A DNA stretch of 64,000 bases from Narcine bancroftii (taxonomy: Eukaryota), in assembly GCF_036971445.1 (NCBI RefSeq), contig NC_091475.1:26722001-26786000 (forward strand), written 5' to 3'. The notes under the pieces are model-generated. The model made no database searches. It was not told the DNA's origin and saw nothing but the letters and a program-made list of their open reading frames with translations. The first letter of the stretch is position 1; the number at the start of each line of letters is the position of its first letter. Below, in pieces: positions 40,441 through 51,690 of this stretch. The translations under genes and the position numbers were made by a program.

Positions 40441-40626
40441 TAGTCGTAATGAGGCCAACCTGGCGCCTCCTCCATTCTGATAGGAGCTTTCATCCCAACC
40501 TTGATCATAGTACTCGGTACCGAAGATGTTATCTAGTCGCTGTGTCCTCTGCCTGGGGTTCCAAGATGGCCGACAGCACATGGCACTCTGCTTTGACTTG
40601 GGGAAGGAGAAGATCTTTCCCGCCTC

Positions 40627-41392
40627 TCATTTGCATGAGGGCTTTGGTGGGAGCCTTGAGGCCTCTGCATACTTTTGCATATGCCCCTTCTTTACACACC
40701 TCGAGCAGTCCTTCTCCTCAGCTGGACAGTGGGCTCTGGGGTGCTTTAGCTGCCTGCAAAAAACACACTTGGAACTGTCTAATGAGGCAGTTGCTGCAGA
40801 ATATTGCCCTTGTTCACCCGTGCACCTCTCCCTGTGAGAGGCCCACGAGTCCGACTCAGTGTACCCCTCTAGCTCCCTCCTAGAGTCCTCCAGAGCCTCC
40901 ACAATAGTTTCAGCCTCATCTAGCCTCACTGTCCCCTTTTCCAACAGCCTCTGTCTCATCTCCGTTGACCTGACCCTGGCTACGATTCTGTCCCTCATCA
41001 GGTCGTCTGCGTACTCTTGCGCAGATACGGTCTTAAAATTGCAAGCCCTCGCCAAATCCTTTAGTGCGTGTATAAAGTCTCTAACAGACTCCCCTGCTTG
41101 CTGCAACCTGGTCATGAGTCTGTGCCTGGAGTGCAGTTCACTGTGCCCCGTATTATAATGTCTTTGCAAAGTGTCCATTGCTTCCCAGTATGACTTGGCG
41201 TCTTGAATTAACGAGTATGGACGATCTGCCAGCAGTAGCATCAGCATTTCCTCCTGACGCTCCCTCTACCCCCGCATAATTTAAAAAACACCTATACCAC
41301 CAGCCGAAATGCATGCTCGCACCGGGGGTTCTCAGATCCAGCTCAAGCTTCTCTGGCCACAGTACCTGGCTGAGCCTCTGCTTGTGGTTCAA
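40627..41392 (-). pseudogene. Gypsy gag (frameshifted)
   Basis: PEKLELD..F.WW..CF..Y N-terminal motif, RHRLMTRLQQAGESVRDF..L..LAR.C.F, MRQRLLE, twin Zn knuckles CVFC...HP..HCPA...CSRC.KKGH. Confidence 0.85.
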
Positions 41393-41842
41393 TAGCTGTG
41401 GGGTAGGCGCGTGCTGGGCCTGATCCCTCTCTCATGTGGTCGCTCGCCCCTGCAGAGACGCGGGCCCCTTCCGGGGAATTGGAGACTGTTGGGGGTGGCT
41501 CTGGGGTAACAGCCCGTCCCTCGATCCTGCCAGTAAACCGTGATCGGCAAGGTGACTTACCGTATGCCCTTCACCTGTGTCTGGCATTACTCCTGGTTGT
41601 ACACCAGGTACCCCGCGTGCTGTCCCGGTGAGTTCATGAACAGGTAGGGCACTCTGCTGCTCGTTACCTGTCCTGGGGTGTTTATGACCCCTCCGAAATC
41701 CACCATGACTGTGGGATGGGATCCCCCCTTCCTCTCGATCCCGATCTTGCAGCTTTCTGGCTGGTCCGTTTTTGACTGGACGTGCACAGGGTCAAGGTCT
41801 AGCGGGGCATCCATTCTGGAGATGTATAGCAGTCCATTAAAT

Positions 41843-42049
41843 TGTAGGCTACTAGCATAAAACCACAAGAGGCAGAGTGCAGGTAAAACACTAGTTTAAT
41901 AGACTGGTATACAGCTAGGCTTTGAGGCCTTGGTCTTGTCTCTGTACAAGCCTAGGCCAGAATGAGGGGGGGGCTTATATACAAGGTGACCAAGTGAGCC
42001 ACCTGGTGACCTAATGGTGTAATGACATTATGCATGACATACCACCACA
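41843..42049 (-). repeat. 5' LTR (207 bp)
   Basis: Homologous to the 3' LTR with several substitutions and indels. Confidence 0.93.
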
Positions 42050-42559
42050 CCCAGTATTGAGGCAAGGAGTTATACCTGGTCATCTAGGTTGAGACAAGAT
42101 TTTGAGGATATGAGTTAAGGGTGAAAGGGGAAGTGTTTAACTAGAACATTAGGGCCAATCTCTTCACACAGAGAGTGAAACGAGCTACCAGCTTAAATGT
42201 CAAAATTGATCCCGCATTCACCACTGAAAAATTTTTGATTGGTTCATGGATGGGAGGGAAATGGGGGGGGGGGGGGGGGCTATGATCTGGGTGCAGATCA
42301 TTGGGACTAGGTAGATTAATATTCAAAACAGATCGGATGGGCTGAAAGGCCTGCTGCAATGTTCCATCGTTCTATCTGCAGCCTTACACATGGTGATTCA
42401 TGGCAATCAAACAGTGGTTAGCAACTAAAATAGAATGTTGATGTGATAGGTCAGACCCTTAAATAGTCTTCAGAATGACATCATGTCTCACTGAAGAACT
42501 GATTCTCTTTTACCTTGAGAATTTATGCTGTTCTATGGTTTTATGGGCTGTTCACATAT

Positions 42560-43460
42560 CCAGCAGTTTATTAGGAGCTTTGTTGTGGGAAGACGATACC
42601 AGGCAGTCAGTCATATATTCAAGGATGTCCTCAAAGTCTTCCCCCCCCTCCTCACTGACTCCTGGGCATCTCTGGCCTATGACCAAGTGGGGCAGGAGCA
42701 TTCTACAGAGAGTCTCAAAGTGATGCATCAGTAACATTTAGAGGCACAGACTGCCTCATTGACCACTCACTCACCTGCTCAACCTATGAATGACTTTGGA
42801 ATTTCTGCATTGGCCACTACAAAACGGCATGGTAGACCTTAACGGGAGAATAGAGTCGGGCTCAAATACAAGTTAAAGGGCCTGTCCCGACATATGCCAG
42901 AGTACGGGAGCTCACCAATGAAATGGCAAAGAATGTTTACAATGGACTTCATTTTGTTTTCTTTTAGGGAGGTGGTTCACCTCCTTTGATGCTTAGCTCA
43001 CGTGTATATGTTCACCACCAAGATTCCATTGTTCTAGGTTTGGGCATTCATATGAAGGCCAACTATATGGCCTACTAGTTGCTGGTTAGAACCTTTGTTA
43101 TTAGGAACTCTCACCATATATGTTTGTACCTTATAAGCAACTCCAAGTTTGCACTGTTCCTGAATATAACCAGACTAAAGATTTAGCATCTAGAAGACTT
43201 CTGCTCCTTGCACAGTGCACCTGCACAAAACGATATTTGTTCCTCTACAGTCCTATGAGAAATAGCAGCCCAGTTTCATCAAGGGTTTCCAAGAAATATG
43301 CAATATCTAGCAACCCCCACCACCCCAAAACTAATCTTTTAATGGGATTCTGACTGAGGCATTCAGTTATAATCCTGCCATCGGCAACTTCGCACCGTTG
43401 GCTCCTCAGCCAAGTAATACCCCAAGTGTATAAACCTCTGGGCTTTTTACAATACATACC
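42560..43460 (-). pseudogene. Highly decayed retroviral-like pol relic (RT thumb/connection), class I ERV-like
   Basis: Across frameshifts: YCK.PEVIHLGYYLAEE.QR, GLL.YC, SLVSSRTLAY..RDRPFNLYL, GLPCRFVVANAE, PL.LLMHHFETL. These are colinear with gammaretroviral CQKQVKYLGYLLKEGQR, FLG.AGFC, ALLTAPALGLPD.TKPFELFV, GWPPCLRMVAA, PLVILAPHAVEAL. Confidence 0.45.
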
Positions 43461-44157
43461 ATTTTAAAATTATAATACATCTCACAAATTATATTAAAGC
43501 ACAAAGTCATTTCTGAAACAATTATTCACTAGTTAACTGTCCGTTTGCTGTACTATCAAGTCCTCTTTGCTTCCATTTATTGCAAATAATTTGATAGTAT
43601 TCTTTTCCTGAGAAACATATCCTTGTAATCAATGAAAACATTATTGCATGAAGCTTGATTTGGTTTTTGTACTTGAGCAATCGGCAGGCTTGATTTAGTT
43701 CTGGAAAGTCGGAGCTCTCTTAAATCCAATATTACCTCCCCAGTGGTTCAAGGATACCAGTGGCTGGAATTTGTTCCATTGATATTAGACAGTCCCCACA
43801 GCCCACCTACCTTCAATTTTTTTATTACCTTATTATTTACTGATTAAAATCCCAAGACTAATATGAAAAGAAAATCTTTATTAATGGTTGTTGTCCCATT
43901 TGAGCATCCTACTACAGAATTACTGAGGCCTCTCGTACTTATCATTGTGCATTGCAATGAGCAGTATGAATAGTTGAGAACACAGAAGTATTTTTACCTG
44001 TAGTATTTTTACATGATGTTCACAATCCTTTCTTTAACATGATGGATACAAGTACATAAAATTTGTTTTCCTTTGTTTGATCTGTAAAAGCACACAAAGT
44101 GTCAGCATGAGTCTCGCACCCCTATCAAGACAAAAAAACAGAAGCAAACAGAACAGC

Positions 44158-44400
44158 GGACGGCGTGGTTAGCAAAATGCTATTACAGCACCAGTGATTG
44201 GGGTTCGTATCCTCCGCTATCTGTAAGGAGTTTGTATAATCTCCCTATGTTTGCATGGGTTTCTTCTGGGTGCTCTGGTTTTCTCACACGCTTCAAAGAG
44301 ACATGGTGCCAGTAGGTAATTGCTCACGTGTGCATTCGGTGGTACAGGCTCATGGGCCAAAAGGACCTTTTACTGTTCTGTATCTCTCAAATTAAAAATC
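44158..44400 (+). mobile_element. V-SINE (HE1-like)
   Basis: B box GGTTCGTATCC and V-domain GGGTGCTCTGGTTTTCTC. Homologous to 17101-17325. Confidence 0.75.
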
Positions 44401-45374
44401 AAATCCCTTCCTAGAGGGTGTGCAATTTTACCACCATCTCCTCCGGATACAAAATGGTCATAAATTGACACATTTCCCTTAAATTTATTAAGCTGATGAC
44501 TTAATGGTGTGTTTGCTTCTGTTTCGGCGCATTTCTTGCCTGCTGATGTTTTGGTTTGACTCAATGAGAGTACCAAGCACTGGAACCAAACCTTCTTGCC
44601 CCACTCTTTTGCACTTAGTTACAATCTTGCAGCAGGAGCTACAAAAGGACTGTGTGTATTAACCTCCTGAGAGTTGATCCTTCTGATCTTATGGCAGCTT
44701 TAGTCCAAATCAGGAGTAAAGGTCCGATTTCCAGAGGAGTCAAGGGAATAATTGCCTTTGACACTTAGGCAGCTGCTGGCAGAGTGACAACAGAAGCCAT
44801 GATCAAAGTCTGGAAGAAATCCCTCAATAGTTATGATCATGCCCAATCCAAAATGCTGGGAAGTAATGGAGGGGAGCAGTGATCACAATGTATTCATTTT
44901 TCAGGATCTGGGGGTTTCTGGGAAAAACAAGAAGGTATTGTCCATAACTAACTGCCTTTATAAAGTTCTGAGGACCTGCAGGTGAAGGTACTCCCATAGT
45001 GGCTCATCTGTACTTCCTCGGATGAAGTAGTCACCTGCAGCGAAACAAGCCAAATCCTGGACATCACCCAGTTTAAATAAAAATGATCAGCATTGTCAGC
45101 GGGCATCACAGTCACAAGGATGCCTGGATTTAACAGTGCAGATCGATCAGAATGCTGGAGACATTTTCATTGGAATTTGAAAGGTTAATGGCTGCAATTC
45201 TTAGAAATGCTGGCAGTTGCACAGAGAGCTCCTGGCAAATTGCAGGAAAAGATGCTGACTAGGCAGATGAAAGGGGAGACTCGAGTGATTAAAATGGCCA
45301 AGTAGCTTCAGGAAGACACCGATCTAAGGAGTTGCAGCAGCAACATCTTGGCCTTTATTAAGGGCCTGATAACT

Positions 45375-45863
45375 CAAGATGGCAGAGGTCGACAACATCG
45401 AATCCATGCTGCTGAAGATCCAGCTGCGCTGGGTGGGTCACGTCTCCAGAATGGAGGACCATCACCTTCCCAAGATCGTGTTATATGGCGAGCTCTCCAC
45501 TGGCCACCGTGACAGAGGTGCACCAAAGAAGAGGTACAAGGACTGCCTAAAGAAATCTCTTGGTGCCTGCCACATTGACCACCGCCAGTGGGCTGATAAC
45601 GCCTCAAACCGTGCATCTTGGCGCCTCACAGTTCGGCGGGCAGCAACCTCCTTTGAAGAAGACCGCAGAGCCCACCTCACTGACAAAAGGCAAAGGAGGA
45701 AAAACCCAACACCCAACCCCAACCAACCAATTTTCCCTTGCAACCGCTGCAACCGTGTCTGCCTGTCCCGCATTGGACTTGTCAGCCACAAACGAGCCTG
45801 CAGCTGACGTGGACTTTTACCCCCTCCATAAATCTTCGTCCGTGAAGCCAAGCCAAAGAAGAA
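45375..45863 (+). mobile_element. 5'-truncated RTE LINE
   Basis: ORF 45379-45807 is near-identical to the C-terminus of the 3208 ORF. (GAA)n tail. TSD GATAACT at 45368-45374 and 45864-45870. Confidence 0.95.
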
Positions 45864-46202
45864 GATAACTACTACTAGCTTTTTCTGTTAAGTATGACTG
45901 CAGCTATTGGAGCACTTTCCCTTTGCCCATAAGCTTTGGTTTTATCACTTTCTATCAAATGATGCCTGGATGCCAAGAGCAGTCATATTCACCTCACCTC
46001 AGGAACTCAGCTCTTATCCCTCTTTGGAGCAACACTGAAGAGTTGGGTGATCCTGGTGAAATCCATACTCTGTCAGCGAGCCAGTTAGGTAGAGTGAATG
46101 CTGCTTGGTGGCACTGCTCCGGACATCTACCATTACTGTACAATAATTAGTTAGTAATTGGTCGAACTGGACTTATCATAATGCATCAAGTATAAGAGTT
46201 GG

Positions 46203-46603
46203 TATGGTATATAGAAATGAATAAATGTATTCCATTAGAAAAAATAACATATAGTTTAAGAAATAATATTGAAATATTCGAACAAGTATGGGAGCCTTAC
46301 ATTAAATACAATAGCGAAAACCTACCGGGGACAAACATTACCTAAGTTGATGGAAGGAGAAGGAAAGAAAAGAATGAACTCAGTAGAATTTCTGGTGTAT
46401 TTTTGTTGAATGACAACATTGTCTGACTGGCTTAATGCAACCTAGATTGTATACCTAAAATGGATGAGAGGGGGGGGTGGGGGGGTGGCTTGGGAGGAGG
46501 GAGGTGGGGGGGAGAAAAAGTCACTGTATATGTGTGAAAAAGAAAAAGTGTATATCATGGCTAATGTGATTTATGGTGTGAAAAATAAAAAATTTAAAAA
46601 AAA
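46203..46603 (+). mobile_element. L1 3' end with poly(A) and TSD
   Basis: ORF2 end EMNKCIPLEKITYSLRNNIEIFEQVWEPY, AATAAA plus A-run, TSD AAGT(A/G)TAAGAGTTGG at 46188-46202 and 46604-46618. Confidence 0.85.
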
Positions 46604-46888
46604 AAGTGTAAGAGTTGGGACATATTGTGCAACTGTACAAAATGTGCATCAGGCAACACTTCGAATATTGTGGAGGGGTTCAGACTGCCACACGACAGGA
46701 AGGATGTGGTACATTAGAAAGTATACAGACAGGGTCACCAGGATGTTGCTTAATACGAAGGGCTTAATAGTATCATCCAGATTGTAAAAGGATACAGGTA
46801 CATGGGATGTTGGCCAATATGAAGAGCTTAAGGATTCAACGGGCTTGGTTCTCACTAGAACATGGGAGGGTGATGGGTAACCTTAGGA

Positions 46889-47238
46889 AAGGGTTTCCAA
46901 ACTTTTTCTTTCCTCTCACATACAACCTTAAGCAATTCCTATGCCATAGAGGCTCTGTGATTAGTAAGGAATAACGCAAGGTGGTATGTGGGTGTGAAAA
47001 TAAAGGTTGAGGATCACAGCTCTAGACCCAATTGTTAATGAAATATTTTGCTTGAGAAAAATTGTCACTGGCCCAGGGTGCACATAACAAGTTGATTAAG
47101 TACAATTAAGAGTGGTTTTCAACTTTATTTCCACTCACATATTACCTTAATCAATCCCTTAGTAATCACAGAGCACCTATGGCATAGGAATTACTTAAGG
47201 TGGTATGTGAGTGGAAAGAAAAGGTGTGGGGAACCCTG
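46889..47238. mobile_element. hAT/Charlie-like composite MITE made of two inverted ~130-bp units
   Basis: Arms 46889-47017 and 47111-47238 are reverse complements and each is itself palindromic. 8-bp TSD-like CCTTAGGA/TCTTAGGG with central TA. Confidence 0.75.
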
Positions 47239-47264
47239 TCTTAGGGAGATGTATAAAATGATTA

Positions 47265-47455
47265 AATTAAATTTATATAAATTTAGATATACAGCACGGT
47301 AACAGGCCATTTGGTCCACAAGTCCATGCACTCCCCCATACATTTTGCATGGTGGAAGAAAACCTGAGCCCCCAGGGAAAACCTACGCACACACAGGGAG
47401 ATTGTAAAGTCCCCTTACAGACAGTGCAGGGTTCTAACCCCAGTGTCGCCCACGG
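47265..47455 (-). mobile_element. V-SINE (HE1-like)
   Basis: Reverse complement of the V-domain (GGAAGAAAACCTGAGCCCCCAGGGAAACC). Confidence 0.65.
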
Positions 47456-50400
47456 CTTACACATGCAGTGGAGCTAGGGTTCATATGGATCAAGCTGTAG
47501 AGGAGATGGTAGAAACACATGTGATGCTTAAAAGAAATTTGGAAAGGTACTTGGATAGGAAGGGAGTAGGATTGTTAGATATTACATTAAGGGATATGAA
47601 GAAAGGTCAGATATCAGTCGTAATTTCAATGGATGGCAGAACAGAGTTAAGGAACTAAATGAGCTATTCCATCGGAACTGCTGAGTTTTTGTAGCAAGGC
47701 AGATTGGAGGAAAAACTTGGCAAGCTGACTTTATAGTACAGCCTCCGCAGGACGGACAGAAATCTGGCTGGTTTCCATCTTCCAACTCTGAAGATTAACA
47801 ATCCCAGCAGAAGACCATCTGTTTCACTCATCAGATGTATGGCAACTTTTTGGTTGATCCCATCACAACAATTTTTGCTTTGGGTTAAACTCTGGTCTCA
47901 ATTAATTGAACTGATCATACCAGTTGTGACAGCAAGATTAAAAACAGGTGGCATTGCACTGTGGGATTGCTGGAGAGCCAGATGCAATATAATTACTGCT
48001 TACTCCACACTGCTGAGCTCAATCTCGCAAACAGGTGGCAACGCCGAGCAAAACCGGCATGTATCGAAAGTTATATTACAAGGATTTTGAGTTGTTTTGG
48101 CAGGCCCTTGCAGGTATTGAAATTCGAAACACAGGAAAAGAAAGTAAAATATGCACAAGGTCAAGATATGCCAATTCTTAAGTTGCTGATCAAATTCCAT
48201 TCAGAACTTAAACATTCACTTCTTCGTCACTTGCTCTATAGAATGCTATTTTGGTACTACCAACAAGGTACAGTACCTCTCAAATTCACATCCTGTATCA
48301 TTTTGGTTGCAAAAAACTTCAGGTGGAGTAGCATCGCTTTCAAACTTTTCAATTCACACAACATCCTGACCTGGAAACATATCATCATACCATCTTTGGT
48401 GCTCGATCTAAATACTCAAACTTCCTGCAGAACAGGATTTCAATGGAAAGCAGGCAGTGCTCAAAAGGATGAATGCCAACCTTGACCGCATTTCCAACAT
48501 TATGAGTGAATAATGAGGATAAATTCCCCTGGCAGAACTAAGTTCAAATGATGTCAAAAGTTAAAATACTAAGTCTACTTTTTTAAAAATAATGGATGTG
48601 AAGGAAGAATAAATCACTTAATTTATGAGCCAGCGGTTATATTATTCAACATTAACTTTACCTTCGCATTGTGGAGATCTCAGTAGATAAGTGTTTACCG
48701 CTGAGCTCCTGTGACCTGCTGTCCAAGAGGCAGTGAACCAGTAAACAGCGCAGCCCTTCTGAAAGTTGCTACTCCTTGTTACCAGAACCATTACTCATAT
48801 CAATACAAGATAACGAAGGCGCTGAAACAATCTGAAATACACTTCTACAACTGAAATTCACCACAAGGGACTTTGGCTCACTAGCTTTCTCATTATTTGG
48901 GTTTGTTTTGCTTGTTAGCTATTGCACATTTTTATATTTTCAAAACCAGCTCAAATTGGAGAAGTGGTCTCATGTTACTTCTTCTCATGCTTTATATGAA
49001 TATATCCTAAAGTTTGTCATATGTTACAAATTCATACCCTTAAAAGGTTCCTTGATGCCCATTGCTGCTTGAAGTAGCCCAAGTGTCTTAGTTTAATGGG
49101 AGTTTCATCATAGTGCAGCTGTCTGATACGCTACACCACCTTCTCTTGCCAAATGGAGCTGCACCGACCATGACGGGTTTGGGAACATTAAGTACGTCAC
49201 CTTTGTGACGTGACCAATTCCAATGTAGCCAAGCACAGTTCAGCATTCATGCCCATGCCTGCACTTTGAAAGTTCAGGTTTCCATTCCCCTGCTCCCCAC
49301 TCCTCCACCACCACCCTAATACCTTGCAATTTTCTTCTTTATTCAATTTTTTAAAGCAATTCTAAATAATTAGTTCACACTTCCCTTTCAGTCTTAGCCT
49401 TCTAGATAACAAAGTTTCAACTTAACTGAAAAAGAACATTTGAAATTAAAGAGAGATTGGGTTGGATATGTAGTTGCTTTTTCTTTTAATTTAAAGGCAA
49501 GAGGCGTGGCTAATTTGGTTAAAAACAATATCCCAATTAAAATACAAAATGCTGTGACACATCCTGCTGGATGGTACACTGTTAAATATTTTTGGAATTA
49601 TGGACGCTTCTAAATCTTCATGCACCAAATATAGATGATGAGAGATTGATTCAAGATACCTTTTTGAATCTAGCAGAAGCACATAAAATTTTGATAGGAG
49701 GAGATTTTAATTTTTGCTTGGACCCAGTTTGAGATAGAACTGCAAGAGAAGTTGTAAGAACTAAAGCAGCAAAAGCAACTTTGGCTTTAATGAGAGATTT
49801 GAATTTGACACATGCCTGGAGAAATGTTCATTCCAGAGAAAGAGACTATTCTTTTTATTCAGACAGACATGATTTTTATTCTAGAATTGACTTATTTTTA
49901 AACATCTGCACAAATACGAGGATGTTAGATGTTGAATACAAAACAAGGATATTATCAGATCATTTGCCATTGTTAATGGCTATAATAATGCCAGACAAGG
50001 GAAAAAAATTCAGTATAGAGATGGAGATGGAAGTCAACATTATTAAAAAGGAAAGATTTTTGTGATTTTATTGGAAGACATATTTAGTTATTTTGTGATA
50101 CAAATCTGAACTCAGTGAATGATATATTTGTAATACTGAATGCCTTGAAAGCTTATCTGAGAAGGCAAATTATAAGCTTCACTACAAAAATTAAGAAGGA
50201 TTAAAGAAGGACCAGTCAGAGCAAGAAGTAAAAATATTGGAAAAAGATCTTCAGACGCGAAGCTCAGAAGGTAAGCATAGGCAATTGATTAATAGCAACT
50301 ACATTACAAACTTATAGAACTGAAAAAATGATTACAAGAACTAAACAGAGTTGGGTGAATGAGCATTTGCTGGAAATAAATATGGAATTACTCAAAATAC

Positions 50401-50860
50401 ACTCTTTTGCCATCTTCAATTGAGGGGGTATTTGTGGGAAAAATTAGGTCCACCAATGTATTTTTTGGCTTGTAGTGAGTTTGAGGTTCTTATTAGGAGA
50501 AGTTATACTAAGATATTTATTTCTGTAATGTATCTTTTAGTCACTATTAAAAAGGGAATACATAAATCTAGACAGAAATGGGAGGTTGATTTAAATATAA
50601 TTGATGAGAAAAGAGGGGCAGAACTCTGTCAAGACTGACAAATATTATAAATGTTAGATAGTTTAATTCAATTATTTACATCAGTTATATTTAACACTGC
50701 CAAAATTGCACAAAATGAAATTGGATTTATCAGATAATTGTTTTAGATGTGGTGAAGAAATAGGAACCTTTTTTGTATTCTACTTGATCATGTTCTAAAA
50801 TTAGAATTTTTTGGGCAGATTTAGGAATGATTTTGGAACAGGCTACTGGGATTGTTATTC

Positions 50861-50983
50861 AATAGACAATAGACAATAGGAGCTGGAGTAGGCCCTTCGG
50901 CCCATCGAGCCAGCACCGCCATTTTACAGATCATGGCTGATCACTACTATCAGTACCCCTTTCCAGCCTTATCCCCATAACCC
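50861..50983 (-). mobile_element. Short CR1 3'-end insertion
   Basis: (CAATAGA)n tail and TSD TTATTC at 50855-50860 and 50984-50989. Removing it restores the L1 frame GIVIPQNPD. Confidence 0.75.
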
Positions 50984-51224
50984 TTATTCCACAAAATCCA
51001 GATTTATTTTTGATGGGGAATATAGAAAGAACAAGACCTAAACTAAAACAATAATTTTATGAAGTTGAATTTATTAAAATAGCTTTAGCAATGGCAAGAA
51101 GGTATATTTCAGTGACTTGGAAATCAGATATGCATTTGGGCATGGAAAGATGACATTTGGAAATTCAAAGTTGCATACCTTTGGAAAATTACTCAATCTG
51201 AGAAATAAATATTCAATCTTTGTA

Positions 51225-51690
51225 CGAATCCACGCTGCTGAAGATCCAACTGCGCTGGGTAGGTCACGTCTCCAGAATGGAGGACCATCGCCTTCCCAAG
51301 ATCGTGTTATATGGCGAGCTCTCCTTTGGCCACCATGACAGAGGTGCACCAAAGAAGAGGTACAAGGACTGCCTAAAGAAATCTCTTGGTGCCTGCCACA
51401 TTGACCATCAGCAGTGGGCTGATATCGCCTCAAACCGTGCGTCTTGGCACCTCACAGTTCGGCGGGCAGCAACCTCCTTTGAAGAAGACCGCAGAGCCCA
51501 CCTCACTGACAAAAGACAAAGGAGGAAAAACCCAACACCCAACCCCAACCAACCAATTTTCCCCTGCAACCGCTGCAACCATGTCTGCCTGTCCCGCATC
51601 GGACTTGTCAGCCACAAACGAACCTGCAGCTGACATGGACATTTTACCCCCTCCATAAATCTTTGTCCGCGAAGCCAAGCCAAAGAAGAA
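51225..51690 (+). mobile_element. 5'-truncated RTE LINE nested in L1
   Basis: ORF 51220-51633 near-identical to the other RTE copies; GCCAAGCCAAAGAAGAA tail. Confidence 0.95.

Larger units (their letters stand above)
37389..42049 (-). mobile_element. Full-length, frameshifted Ty3/Gypsy LTR retrotransposon (Mag-like Gag)
   Basis: Two TG..CA LTRs, TSD CCCAG (37384-37388 and 42050-42054), PPT AAGGGGGGGTGAA next to the 3' LTR, domain order gag-PR-RT-RH-IN. Confidence 0.95.

Noticed and set aside
43997-44082. Minus-strand segment bounded by good AG and GT sites (a similar case at about 61606-61720)
   Set aside because: Stops in all three frames; cannot be supported as a coding exon.
47961-48485. 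174-aa plus-strand ORF
   Set aside because: Non-ATG start, no domain, and the 3' third resembles a LINE 3' remnant.
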